A stretch of 64,000 nucleotides of DNA from Patescibacteria group bacterium (lineage in GTDB: Bacteria > Patescibacteriota > Microgenomatia > Levybacterales > UBA12049): positions 969,226-1,033,225 of the forward strand of contig BPJB01000001.1 in assembly GCA_026004395.1 (NCBI GenBank), given 5' to 3'. The translations under genes and the position numbers were made by a program. Positions 1 through 10,250 of this stretch are shown piece by piece; within the stretch, counting starts at the first letter, position 1; the number at the start of each line of letters is the position of its first letter. The notes under the pieces are model-generated. The model did no database searches. It saw only the letters and a program-made list of their open reading frames with translations, and was not told where the DNA came from.

Positions 1-355
1 AACAATAGACATTACCCCCTCTTCCTTCCGACCACACGCCTGTTGTTGAGATTGATTGCACCCACCAATTATAACCATTTCCTCGTAGTACATTTCGTCC
101 ATAGATGTTTTCTTTATACTTATTGTATTTAAAGTTTTCGTTATTTTGAATAATTGAATCAAAAACCTTGTCTTGCCTATGCACACGAATAGCCCAATAA
201 GCATGATTTTGAGGAGGAATCATCTTAAGAACAAAATGACCTGTTGAACAATCTGCGCTAACCTTTGGATCTTGAGCTTGTGTCTTCTCAGACATCAAGA
301 ATCCAAAACACATCAAACCTGTTATAAAAAATAATGAAAATAATTTCTTTCTCAT
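1..355 (-). CDS. hypothetical secreted protein, N-terminal part (ORF runs off the window edge)
   Basis: ATG at 355 on the minus strand with no in-frame stop down to position 1 (about 118 codons). N-terminus MRKKLFSLFFITGLMCFGFLMSEKTQAQD looks like a signal peptide. Absent from the ORF track because it is truncated by the window edge. Confidence 0.4.
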   Translation of the reverse strand, partial: MRKKLFSLFFITGLMCFGFLMSEKTQAQDPKVSADCSTGHFVLKMIPPQNHAYWAIRVHRQDKVFDSIIQNNENFKYNKYKENIYGRNVLRGNGYNWWVQSISTTGVWSEGRGGNVYC

Positions 356-858
356 ATTTATCAATTTATAAATCTTCCCATTACCAATAGGAAAATAATT
401 TAAATTCAGTTCTAACTTTCTATTTAATTCCAATACTATAAGCTTCTAAATGTCAACTGGTAATTAACCAAGACAACATTTGCAATCTTAATTTATCTTC
501 TGAATTTTTATAAATAAAAACTCTTGTTAATTTTGTTAATTTACAAAAAATAATGAAGTTTATTTATTCTAAAAAGATGTTGCAGGAAATACCCTAAGTT
601 CTAAAGATGTATTTTTTCTGAATTCCATGTTCAAAAGTAGTCTTGCCTACTACAGTGCCATTCCTAAGAAGTGTAGAATTATTTTTTACCTACTTGATCA
701 ATACTTAAGCAAAATAAATATGTTGTAAGTATTGTGTTCGAATACTCTACAATTGACAAATTAGTAGTTATAGGATAAAATTTCGCCCTGATTAACAAAA
801 TGGTTATATAACCTGAATGTTATCAATTCTAATATATAGAAAAGGAGGTGATCTAGTA

Positions 859-1833
859 ATGTCAAAAGAGATAATTTCTAAATTTTCCAGAAGAGAATTT
901 TTGAAGCTTGGAGGAATTTCTTTGGCAAGTGGATTGCTTACTGGTTGTGGTATAAATGAGGATAAAAAACCTATTGAATCAACCAAAACTCCCACTCCTA
1001 AGGCAATTTTCACACCTACCAAAGAAAACATGCTCCCAACAGCTAGACCTACAGAAGCTAAGAAAATTGCAACTACAACTCCTACAGTAGAATCAACACC
1101 TGAATCTCAAGTGGTTGAGAACTACTGGCAAAATCCTTATCCAAATCCAGCACCTAAAGAGGGAGATTTATGGTCTTTACATAATTCTGATGGAGTTGAA
1201 GTCCTAGTAGATCTACACTCTGCACTCGGTTTTACTCCTGATGCAGATTTAAGAGTAAGCGATATTAAACCGGTTAAGTTGAATCCAGTTCCTAGTGATG
1301 CTTCGGATTTTCAAGCATATTTAAATACTGAACGAAATGGATTTCCTCCTCTAGCTGGCTATACTGATGGGATAAATGATTATGGCCAGTTCGGTGCTTC
1401 AAACCCACAAATTCCTATATATAGTTGGATGGTATTTACTGGCGAAAATATCGAACTTCCAGGAATTGGCAGAGTTGAAGGTGGAAAAGGAAGAGCAGTT
1501 ATGGTATTAATAATCAACAGAACAGAAAGAGTTTTCCGATTTCCTGAAGAATCTGTTCATGTTGAAGCTGGTTTTCAAGGATGGGGACGTATATGGAATG
1601 GTGAGCCTAACTTTGTGCAAGAAACTGAAAAACGATTAGTTAATCATTACCGAACCAGATTAGGGCAAGGTGTTCCTGAGACAGGTTTTATTGGACAATG
1701 TGATGAAGTAGATAACTGTGATAAAGTAACGGTGGTCACAGTCGAGAGAATGCAATGGGGTTATAACCCAGATGGTTCCCCAAGAGATCAATTCAGATTG
1801 ATTAGAGCAAAAACTGTGAATACTGTTAGTTAA
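859..1833 (+). CDS. Tat-signal lipoprotein, function unknown
   Basis: ORF track 817..1833 opens with TTG. An ATG at 859 lies 8 nt downstream of a strong SD AAGGAGGTGAT. N-terminus SRREFLKLGGISLASGLLTGCG shows a twin-arginine motif and a lipobox. No family recognised. Confidence 0.6.
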   Translation: MSKEIISKFSRREFLKLGGISLASGLLTGCGINEDKKPIESTKTPTPKAIFTPTKENMLPTARPTEAKKIATTTPTVESTPESQVVENYWQNPYPNPAPKEGDLWSLHNSDGVEVLVDLHSALGFTPDADLRVSDIKPVKLNPVPSDASDFQAYLNTERNGFPPLAGYTDGINDYGQFGASNPQIPIYSWMVFTGENIELPGIGRVEGGKGRAVMVLIINRTERVFRFPEESVHVEAGFQGWGRIWNGEPNFVQETEKRLVNHYRTRLGQGVPETGFIGQCDEVDNCDKVTVVTVERMQWGYNPDGSPRDQFRLIRAKTVNTVS

Positions 1834-1845
1834 TTTTAATTTTAT

Positions 1846-1897
1846 AAAGACTAGAGTTTAAAGATACAAACCTTTGTATCTACTCTAGTCTTTTTAT
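1846..1897 (+). terminator. Rho-independent terminator (nested hairpin plus T-run)
   Basis: AAAGACTAGAGT...AGATACAAA-CC-TTTGTATCT...ACTCTAGTCTTTTT forms perfect nested inverted repeats followed by TTTTTAT. It sits 13 nt after the stop of the 859..1833 gene. Confidence 0.55.
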
Positions 1898-2713
1898 AGT
1901 TTAATTATTATTAATTTAAATTAAGAAATAACAATCTAGTAAAATTTAATTTTTATATAGAACTACACCAAGCTAAAAGACTAAATTAGCATTGACAGAC
2001 AATAAATAGACATTTGTAAATACTTGATGTAGAGTGAATCACTCTATTTTTCTCCATAAAGGTAGATACCCTCTCTATCTAATCACTATTTCTAATCATT
2101 AGTCCGTTCTGTCTCTAGTCTGATAAAAAATCACAAAATTCCGCTCGAGTGGTAATTTGTAATTTTTGTATTATTTATAATGCGTTCTGAGTTATTTTAT
2201 TATATTTGTTGAGAAGTAGTTGTAGATAAGTTAAGATACAGGGGTAATAATTTTTATTAAGGTAGTTTTATCAGCAATGATAAATTATCCCTGTCCGTAC
2301 AGAAAAAGGAAAAGTTAATTTTGCTAATAGCCAAAGGCAAGGAAGAAAATTTACTAGTGTATTTTGCGCGCTACAATTTCTATAGATCAGATGCACTTTT
2401 GCTTTTCTAACAACACTGAGTATGATCAGACATTGCTTTAAAGTATCACCGATATACCCTTTCAGATTACGAAGTAATATCAAGATAATTTCGCAAGAGG
2501 AAATATAATTAGCAAGTAATCAGTAGGGGATAATTCTAAAATGTGAAAATCAGCAACAAAATCCACTCACAACAGATGGTAATTTGTCGCAACTGATATG
2601 CTAGTAAATCTTTCTGATGAAAGTAAGCAAGCTATTGACATAACCTATAATAAATGATATAGTGTAAATTACTATACTATTTTAGAAATACTGCCTGGTA
2701 TTTCTTTTTTTTT

Positions 2714-3400
2714 ATGCAAATTTTTAAAAATATTTTAATAATTATTACAACCAGCTTGTTTTTCAATTATTTGACTACAACAGTCAATGCCGCGGGTCAA
2801 TACGGTTGTCCAACTCAATACGGTGGAGAGTGTCCAGGCGAAATTGCACTGATCAAAAAATACGTGCAAGATCCTGTTACAAAATCCTATGAAGATACTC
2901 TTGAAAGTAATGGTAATAAATTTTCCCCAGAAGATCCTGTTTTTTTTAAAATTAGAGTTACAAATACCGGCAATGAGACACTGAATAATATCAAAATTGA
3001 AGATCAATTTCCAGATTTAATTAGCTTCGTATCAGGAGCAGGAAAATTTGATAATAATACCAAAAAATTGTCATTTGAAATAGATAAACTGCAAACAGGA
3101 GAAACAAAAGAATATATTGTTAAAGGAAAAATAGTAGCATCCAATATGCTTCCTGCCAATGAAAGCCTTATATGTGTATTAAATAAAGCATCCATAATCA
3201 TCAATGGACAAATCAGTAGTGATACTGCGCAACTTTGCATCGAGAAACCAGTTCTAGGAACAAAGACAAAAGGCGGACTAAATATCTTCCCTCCACCCCA
3301 AACCGTTACTACTCCTCAAACTGGAGCAGAAACTTTTGCTCTTTTAAGTCTTTTACCAGCAGCAGTAATAGGTACGTTGCTAAAATACAAAAGTGATTAA
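2714..3400 (+). CDS. cell-surface protein with DUF11-like repeat domain and a C-terminal LPXTG-like (TPQTG) sorting signal
   Basis: N-terminal signal peptide. RVTNTGNETLNNIKIEDQFPDLISFV matches the DUF11 / conserved repeat domain motif. C-terminus is TPQTG, a hydrophobic stretch, then KYKSD, i.e. sortase-substrate architecture. Paralog of 18139..18903. Confidence 0.6.
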   Translation: MQIFKNILIIITTSLFFNYLTTTVNAAGQYGCPTQYGGECPGEIALIKKYVQDPVTKSYEDTLESNGNKFSPEDPVFFKIRVTNTGNETLNNIKIEDQFPDLISFVSGAGKFDNNTKKLSFEIDKLQTGETKEYIVKGKIVASNMLPANESLICVLNKASIIINGQISSDTAQLCIEKPVLGTKTKGGLNIFPPPQTVTTPQTGAETFALLSLLPAAVIGTLLKYKSD

Positions 3401-3521
3401 ATTATATTATCAATTTTCGATTCGATTCTATGATAGAAAATCCTATGATAGAAAAAACAATATTTTATATATAATTTTCTCTATACTTTCTATTTTATGA
3501 AAGAAAGGAGGTGATTAAATA

Positions 3522-4409
3522 ATGAAAGAAAAAATCAAAAATGTTGCCATAATTGGTCTTGCTGCAACCACTGTCGCAATGACAGCAGAAAAACTAAGGG
3601 ATAAAAATGATAATGATCTTTCAAATATACTTTCTGGTATCAAAAATGGTGATCATACTCTTAGTTTAGGACAAGGAGGCATGCCATCAGTTGAACTATT
3701 TAACAATATCTACACCGTTGATACTGTTGAGGCAGCAACAGAAGAAAAACCCAAATGGGTGGTAATTGGTTTTCCAGAAAAAGCCGATAATGTTGAGGTT
3801 GCATCAGGGAATTTCGTCAACAAAGCAGGTGGAGGATCAGAAATGCTCCTTGCCGAACCAGGAAAACTTCTCGTTCACCGAGGGGAGATTGATGACAAGA
3901 AAGTGCAGGAAGCCGGAGGCGCAATCGCCTACATTGATCCGACCAATCAACAGGTATTTGAAGGGGAAGAAGCATTCTTCAATCTTCCTGAAGGAGGTAT
4001 GGTCTATGCAAGTGCAGCAAAGATGACTGTTGAGTTCGATGGAAAAATGGTTGAACTCACAGGTCCTGGCGACCATATCTGGCTACTTTACGTCCGCGGG
4101 AAGTACGCAGACGAAACATCTCCAGAAGACAGAAACGTCACCATGCACTTTACTAATTATCGACCAGGTCATATCCAGGCAATGCGATACCCTGGTGTTC
4201 CAAACGGTGGCTTCATTTCTGAAGAACAAGCCGACCAACAAGCAGGACTTGCCCAAGAAGGCGGTACAAATTGTGGATCAACTGGATGTCCAAAAGTAAG
4301 CCGTTTCCTTGCAGATATTAACACTGGAGCGTATGTCGTCCAGGAGTTAAATGAACAAGGCAAATGGGAAACCGTCGACTCAAACTGGGTGAACATTGAC
4401 CAAAATTAA
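3522..4409 (+). CDS. secreted/membrane-anchored hypothetical protein
   Basis: ATG is preceded by SD AAGGAGGTGAT, the same extended SD as the 859 gene. N-terminal hydrophobic anchor (NVAIIGLAATTVAMTA). No recognisable family. Confidence 0.55.
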   Translation: MKEKIKNVAIIGLAATTVAMTAEKLRDKNDNDLSNILSGIKNGDHTLSLGQGGMPSVELFNNIYTVDTVEAATEEKPKWVVIGFPEKADNVEVASGNFVNKAGGGSEMLLAEPGKLLVHRGEIDDKKVQEAGGAIAYIDPTNQQVFEGEEAFFNLPEGGMVYASAAKMTVEFDGKMVELTGPGDHIWLLYVRGKYADETSPEDRNVTMHFTNYRPGHIQAMRYPGVPNGGFISEEQADQQAGLAQEGGTNCGSTGCPKVSRFLADINTGAYVVQELNEQGKWETVDSNWVNIDQN

Positions 4410-4433
4410 TCCTCCACATTTTGGTACTTTATG

Positions 4434-4472
4434 ACAACAAAGCTGGTTAAGCAATCGCTCCAGCTTTGTTGT
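4434..4472 (+). terminator. hairpin terminator candidate
   Basis: AACAAAGCTGG - 13 nt loop - CCAGCTTTGTT is a perfect 10-11 bp stem located 25 nt after the stop of 3522..4409. The T-tract after it is weak (TTGTTGTCG). Confidence 0.4.
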
Positions 4473-4485
4473 CGTACTAAAAATT

Positions 4486-6099
4486 ATGTTACAGACAGTA
4501 AACTTGAATAAACTAAAAAACATTTCGATTATTCTGCTCATGGTTCTCTGCGGATTTCATCTACTCGCAAATTTATTCTGGTTTTCTCTTAATACCGCTC
4601 CTCTTCCGTGGGATCAAGCAGGTCACACACTGATTGCACTTCATCATAGCTACTTCTTTAAGTCTCTACTTCACCAGGATCTACTCTCGTTTCTAACGAT
4701 TTCTCCTTACTATCCACCTTTGGTCCACATAATTGCCTCCTTCCCTATTTTAATTTTTGGCAACCCCATATTTGTTTCATCTTTGACTATCACATTTTTT
4801 TTTATTGCATCAATATTACTTCTTTATATCTACACCAATGATATCTTTAAAAATCGAATCATCAGTCTGCTAACAGCGATAATCTATTCGTTTACACCTA
4901 TTATCTATGAACATTCTAGATGGTTTCTTTTGGAAATTCCACTTCTCACAGGGATTCTTGCAACCTTAATTTGCTTCGAGAAATGGGAAAAAACCAATAA
5001 ACAAACCTATTGGTACGGATGTATTCTCGCTTTCAGTTTGACAGTTTTGATAAAATGGCTTGCAGCGATATATCTTTTCCCAATTAGCATAATCTTTGCA
5101 TATGTCTCATATAATCGTCTCAAAAAAGGAGAGCTAAAAATAAACTCACTTTTAATAGGAGGGGGAATTTTTCTATCTATTGTACTTCCTTGGTACATAA
5201 CAAATCTCATTTCTCTTTTCAAAGAAACGCAAAATACTATACTTCCTGAAGTGTCCGACCCTCAAAATTTCTGGTCAAAGTCAAATTTTTTCTTCTATCT
5301 TTACCAATTCGTTACATTCCAAGTAACACTGTTCTTCTTGTTTCCAGCACTGGCTGGAGGAGAATTTTTGTGGGTTTCGCAAAATAAAAAGCGTTACTTT
5401 ATTTTTTTCTACATTCTTTTCATCTATCTTGCCTTTACTCTCATCCCAAACAAAGACCCTCGCTACACGATGCCAATTATCCTTTTTAATTCCATGCTTA
5501 TAGCATTTGCATTCTTAGAGCTGATCAAAAAAATCAAAACTTTAGGAATAACGCTGACAATACTTTTTCTGTTTTACATTATTACTCTCTATATCATTCT
5601 CTCATTTAGACCACAAACATTCCATTATCAACGAGCTATACATTTTCCAATTTTAGGATGGATCGATTATATAAACATCAATGATAACTTAGCCCATGCT
5701 TACAATAATGCATCTTGGCCTCAAGTAGCCATCCACGAAGCAATTGCCAAAGATGCACAAGGAAAAGAAGTGAAAGTATTAGTTCTTGTTGACCAAGAAC
5801 TTTTCAACCTCGGAAATCTCCTTGTAACTCGTGAAATCAATAATTTTTGGAACATTTTAAGCCTACCAGCTCCCCAGAGGATTGACCATACTGATCAGGC
5901 CGCCAAGAAATTGCTGAGTGAGTATGACTACGTAATAACTGCTAGATATCAAATCGGTGTACCTGCCACTCGTAATATAGATGTCTTAAAATTCCTAACT
6001 AATTTTATTAACCTGCATAATACTGATTGGTTTTTAAGGCTCTCGGAATTCACAATACCAACGAATGATACAATTACTATATACAAAGTCAATCTATGA
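4486..6099 (+). CDS. GT-C-fold-like polytopic membrane protein (putative glycosyltransferase, ArnT/PMT/YkcB-like topology)
   Basis: About 11 predicted TM segments in the N-terminal two thirds with a first-loop motif PLPWDQAGH, then a soluble C-terminal domain. Stop overlaps the next gene's start (ATGA at 6096). Family call is inferred from topology only. Confidence 0.45.
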   Translation: MLQTVNLNKLKNISIILLMVLCGFHLLANLFWFSLNTAPLPWDQAGHTLIALHHSYFFKSLLHQDLLSFLTISPYYPPLVHIIASFPILIFGNPIFVSSLTITFFFIASILLLYIYTNDIFKNRIISLLTAIIYSFTPIIYEHSRWFLLEIPLLTGILATLICFEKWEKTNKQTYWYGCILAFSLTVLIKWLAAIYLFPISIIFAYVSYNRLKKGELKINSLLIGGGIFLSIVLPWYITNLISLFKETQNTILPEVSDPQNFWSKSNFFFYLYQFVTFQVTLFFLFPALAGGEFLWVSQNKKRYFIFFYILFIYLAFTLIPNKDPRYTMPIILFNSMLIAFAFLELIKKIKTLGITLTILFLFYIITLYIILSFRPQTFHYQRAIHFPILGWIDYININDNLAHAYNNASWPQVAIHEAIAKDAQGKEVKVLVLVDQELFNLGNLLVTREINNFWNILSLPAPQRIDHTDQAAKKLLSEYDYVITARYQIGVPATRNIDVLKFLTNFINLHNTDWFLRLSEFTIPTNDTITIYKVNL

Positions 6100-9000
6100 T
6101 TAAACTACTTTCACTTATCCGTCGGTATCCGTATCAATCTATCATCATCGTCTTGTGTTTTTTTATCTTTGCATCAAACTACACACCTGGAACAATTCTT
6201 TCTGGATGGGATACACTCCATCCAGAGTTTAATAGAATACTTTATCTCAAACGCATTATCTTCGGAGTCTGGCAAGAACATCAAGGTCTTGGTGCACTTG
6301 CCACCCAGTCACATGTTGCAGAACTTCCAAGACTTCTGCTCTATTATGCATTGACTTTGATATTCGATCAGTCGTTTGTCCGATATGCCTACTTTTTCCT
6401 CATGATTCTCTTTGGACCTTTAGGCATGTATTTTTTTATTAGACGGATTATTCTCGAGGATAACAAGAATTTTCAGACACAAATTGCATCAACTATTGGT
6501 GGAATCTTTTATCTTCTAAATCTTGGAACAATGCAACATTTCATTGTACCTTTTGAAATGTTTGCTACTCATTTTGCTTCTCTAGGATGGGTATACCTGA
6601 TCCTTATTTCCTATCTGCAAACAAATCGTAAACTTACTCTTATAGCATACTCTATTTTAACTATTTTTATCGCATCTATCTCACACACACCAACACTCTG
6701 GTATGTATACTTCGTGTCACTGATTATCTTCCTTAGTACGTATAGCTTTCTTTCTCGATGTCAACAAACAATCAAGCAAGCTCTAATGATTATAGCACTG
6801 ACTATTACTCTTAATGCGTTCTGGATAATGCCTAACCTTTATTTTATATTTACAGACGGACACGACGTTGAACGATCAAAAATACATAGCCTCTTCTCAG
6901 AAGAAGCATTTGAACAAAACGCTGCATTTGGAACAATAAACGACTTTATATTCTTTAAAAATTTTCTCTTTAATTGGAAAGTGTATAATTTTGATAGTAA
7001 TCAATTTTCTCCCCTCTTAGATGCTTGGATTTTACACCTTAAAAATCCTATTGTTCTTATTTTAGGTTACTTATTCTTTGCGATTGTCTTGCTTGGAATA
7101 GTATATTCTCTTAAAAAACGCCATCTGATTGCAATATCCACATTACCACTCTACTTTATTTGTCTATTTTTTTGGTTGAATATCAACCCCCCCTTTGGTA
7201 ATTTATTTGTCTTCCTTCAAGAACATATCCCGCTCTTTAAGGAAGTATTTCGCTTCCCATTCACCAAGTTCTCAATACTTCTTATCTTCCTGTCAGCAAT
7301 ATATTTTTCACTTGGTATTTCGTTTTTGTTAAATATTTTTACTAAAGTTACTAAACAAAAGTACATCTGGCAATTCTTATTTATCATTATAGTCTTAAGT
7401 CAAGTTTATTATATGTTACCTGCGTTTCAAGGATACTTCATAAGCCCAGCCATGAGGGTGCGTATCCCAGAGGAATACTTTGCACTTTTCTCTTGGTTTG
7501 ATAAACAACCCAACGGCCGTGTAGCTTCGCTTCCTATCCATAGTTTTTGGGGATGGACATATTATAAATGGGGGTATCAAGGAGCAGGATTTATTTGGTT
7601 TGGTATAAAACAGCCGATTCTTGATCGAGAATTTGATCGATGGAACCCATTAAACGAACAATATTATCGAGAAATGTCACACGCTGTTTATAGTAAGGAT
7701 CCTACTCTTCTTGATAAGGTATTGCGTAAATATAATATCAAATATATTTTACTTGATAAAAACGTGATTGCCCCCGGATCAAACTCCTCAGTACTTTTTT
7801 ATAATGAAATCGAACAAATGCTCTCCAAGCTACCAAATATATATGCTCCAGTTAGGTTCGGAAAAAATATTCTTGTATATAAAACGAAGTATTTTTCCTC
7901 TTCTTTACAATTAGTCACAAATCCGAAAATTATCTCTCCTGAGGCTAGAAGTTTCTATAAAGATGAAGCGTATGCTGAGTACGGTGACTATATAACACTA
8001 CCCACAAATTCATCAAGTAAAAAAAACATAGATTATCCATTCAGAAACATTATTGATAATCAAAATCGAGTGGATAAAAATAAAATATCTCTAACGAAAG
8101 AAGGAATTTTATTTAAAATTCCTAATAACTACACCAAGATTAAACAGGTTGCTTACACTTCTACTGAACGTTTGCTTCCTACTCAAACTATCCTGCAGCG
8201 TGACAACAAAAACATCAAATTATTATTCTATCCCTACCTAATTGCTCAAAATCAATACTCTTTATCACCAATCACTCTTACTGCTCAACTTCCAGAAATG
8301 AATTATTCTCAACAAATCAGCATTGTAGTAAATAATACTTACATCAGCACACTCAAACTCAAGGATGTACCAGAAAATGTCTCTTTATCATTAGGTACAA
8401 TCATGCTTCAAACCGACAGAGATAATACCGTCGCACTCTTCAGCGATTATCAAGAGCAAATGATTCCATTAAAATTTTCACCACAATTACTTTTACCTTT
8501 TGCATGTGATCCTAAAAATATCAACAATAAAATATATGGATTTACTCTGGATAAAGATGAAAATGGCTTTACTCTTTTCGGTAAAGATACTGCTGTATGC
8601 CTCATGATCTCGCTGGCTAAGGAATTTCCTATTCTACAAACAGATACCCTTGTCAAATTGCAATATAACACTGATACTATAACAACAAATCTATGTTTAG
8701 TTGATTTAAATGACGGCAAATGCAAAAACAATATTTCAAAAAACTATAACACAAATGTTGGTGGCACAACTGTCTCCTTGTATTTTTCTCTTAAGGCAGA
8801 ACAGGAAAGAAATGCAGGCTTAAAAATAGTACTAGATGCAACTAACAGTCAAAAAGTACTTGTTCAATCTCATTTTTACAATGCCTCGTTGCATATACCT
8901 AAACAAATATTAGAATTTACAATTCCCAAAAAAGTCATTATCAGTTCTATCCAAGAACAAGAAGGAAACTATTTAAGTGCGAAAAATTTAGAATTTCCAT

Positions 9001-9899
9001 ACACTGGTGATGAGAAATTAAGTTTTGATATCACCCAAACACCTAAAATCGATAATAGATGTAGTGATACACAATTTTTCACTTTTGATAATCGACGCGA
9101 TGTAATCAAAGAGAAGAATGAAAATTATCTTAGATATATTTCCTACGATGGATCATTATGCGATCACTTCTCGTATCCGAATATCTCCCATAAAAATGCA
9201 TATTTAATTGCAATTACAGCAAGAAACGTTACTGGTCTACCAATTAGACTTTGCATCACGAATTACGAATCAAAACGTTGTGACCTGTATACTACATTAT
9301 CCAAATCACGAATATTTAATACCGATATCTTCCTGCTTCCGCCGTTGCAAGATATTACAAATACGACATCAGAAAGAACAGGCTACGATGTAAACATCAA
9401 CAATTTTGGAATCAAACCACACGGAAGTATCAATGATTTGAAATCTATACAGATTATTCCAATACCCTACAACTGGCTATCAAAACTTAATACTGATTGG
9501 AATTATTCTATAGCTCAAGGAGGAAGATCTGAACTTCATACCATAATACATCCGTATCAAGGCCTATATATACTTGAAAATATTCCGCATATTCCCAAAG
9601 AAAGCATTATTGTTCTTAATCAGGCATATCACACAGGGTGGAAAGCTTACAATGTCTCGCTCAATAGACCAAAATCAATAAATCTTCTTAAAATAGCACT
9701 TCCTTTTTTCTTTGGAAAAAACTTAGGCAGTCATATTATAGTCAATAACTGGGCAAACGGATGGATAAACGATAATCAACAAACCACATCCCTCAATAAT
9801 GTAATTGTGTTTGTGTATTTACCTCAATACCTTGCATATCTTGGATTTATCCTATTTGCTGTTTCTCTTTTCATCCTAGTTTTAAAACAGCGAAAGTAG
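6096..9899 (+). CDS. very large (1267 aa) polytopic membrane protein, GT-C/YfhO/AftD-like topology, function unknown
   Basis: About 13 N-terminal TM helices, an extracytoplasmic domain of roughly 800 aa, and a C-terminal TM anchor (LGFILFAVSLFILVL). Translationally coupled to the upstream membrane protein. Confidence 0.5.
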   Translation: MIKLLSLIRRYPYQSIIIVLCFFIFASNYTPGTILSGWDTLHPEFNRILYLKRIIFGVWQEHQGLGALATQSHVAELPRLLLYYALTLIFDQSFVRYAYFFLMILFGPLGMYFFIRRIILEDNKNFQTQIASTIGGIFYLLNLGTMQHFIVPFEMFATHFASLGWVYLILISYLQTNRKLTLIAYSILTIFIASISHTPTLWYVYFVSLIIFLSTYSFLSRCQQTIKQALMIIALTITLNAFWIMPNLYFIFTDGHDVERSKIHSLFSEEAFEQNAAFGTINDFIFFKNFLFNWKVYNFDSNQFSPLLDAWILHLKNPIVLILGYLFFAIVLLGIVYSLKKRHLIAISTLPLYFICLFFWLNINPPFGNLFVFLQEHIPLFKEVFRFPFTKFSILLIFLSAIYFSLGISFLLNIFTKVTKQKYIWQFLFIIIVLSQVYYMLPAFQGYFISPAMRVRIPEEYFALFSWFDKQPNGRVASLPIHSFWGWTYYKWGYQGAGFIWFGIKQPILDREFDRWNPLNEQYYREMSHAVYSKDPTLLDKVLRKYNIKYILLDKNVIAPGSNSSVLFYNEIEQMLSKLPNIYAPVRFGKNILVYKTKYFSSSLQLVTNPKIISPEARSFYKDEAYAEYGDYITLPTNSSSKKNIDYPFRNIIDNQNRVDKNKISLTKEGILFKIPNNYTKIKQVAYTSTERLLPTQTILQRDNKNIKLLFYPYLIAQNQYSLSPITLTAQLPEMNYSQQISIVVNNTYISTLKLKDVPENVSLSLGTIMLQTDRDNTVALFSDYQEQMIPLKFSPQLLLPFACDPKNINNKIYGFTLDKDENGFTLFGKDTAVCLMISLAKEFPILQTDTLVKLQYNTDTITTNLCLVDLNDGKCKNNISKNYNTNVGGTTVSLYFSLKAEQERNAGLKIVLDATNSQKVLVQSHFYNASLHIPKQILEFTIPKKVIISSIQEQEGNYLSAKNLEFPYTGDEKLSFDITQTPKIDNRCSDTQFFTFDNRRDVIKEKNENYLRYISYDGSLCDHFSYPNISHKNAYLIAITARNVTGLPIRLCITNYESKRCDLYTTLSKSRIFNTDIFLLPPLQDITNTTSERTGYDVNINNFGIKPHGSINDLKSIQIIPIPYNWLSKLNTDWNYSIAQGGRSELHTIIHPYQGLYILENIPHIPKESIIVLNQAYHTGWKAYNVSLNRPKSINLLKIALPFFFGKNLGSHIIVNNWANGWINDNQQTTSLNNVIVFVYLPQYLAYLGFILFAVSLFILVLKQRK

Positions 9900-9915
9900 A
9901 ATAGACGATCAAAAC

Positions 9916-9944
9916 TTGACTAAAAACAATTGACATGTTATTAT
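9916..9944 (+). promoter_or_regulatory. sigma-70-like promoter candidate (TTGACT - 17 nt - TATTAT)
   Basis: -35 TTGACT at 9916..9921, a 17 nt spacer, and -10 TATTAT at 9939..9944, lying 20 nt upstream of the ORF at 9965. A second overlapping TTGACA-N16-TAAATT is also present. Confidence 0.3.
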
Positions 9945-9964
9945 AGGATGATAAATTATTTACT

Positions 9965-10198
9965 ATGTATTATGAAAATAAGGCTAATATTGAATTAGCT
10001 ATAAAATTTATAGGTTATATTATTTTTTTCATAGCTATATACTCTGCGCTCGTCAGGGTAGATCACTACCTTCGTCTTAAAGCTTTTGATGATTGTGGGG
10101 AGTTATCCCGTTATGAAACAACTGATAAAAATTCCCGATTCTCTTATCCTGTATTGGATATCTACAATCAATGTCTGGAAGATAAAGGTTTAAAATAA
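9965..10198 (+). CDS. small membrane protein, hypothetical
   Basis: 77 aa ORF with one TM helix (IGYIIFFIAIYSALV), downstream of the promoter-like element. No SD. Confidence 0.3.
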   Translation: MYYENKANIELAIKFIGYIIFFIAIYSALVRVDHYLRLKAFDDCGELSRYETTDKNSRFSYPVLDIYNQCLEDKGLK

Positions 10199-10250
10199 TC
10201 TTTAAAAAATATTTATCCTGATAATAAAAAAATTTTTTTTCTCAGGTGAT

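Noticed and set aside
3766-4396. Small ORFs 3766..4026, 3837..4076, 4030..4299, 4169..4396 overlapping the 3522..4409 gene
   Set aside because: They are nested within or antisense to a longer ORF that has a strong SD. No independent start signals.
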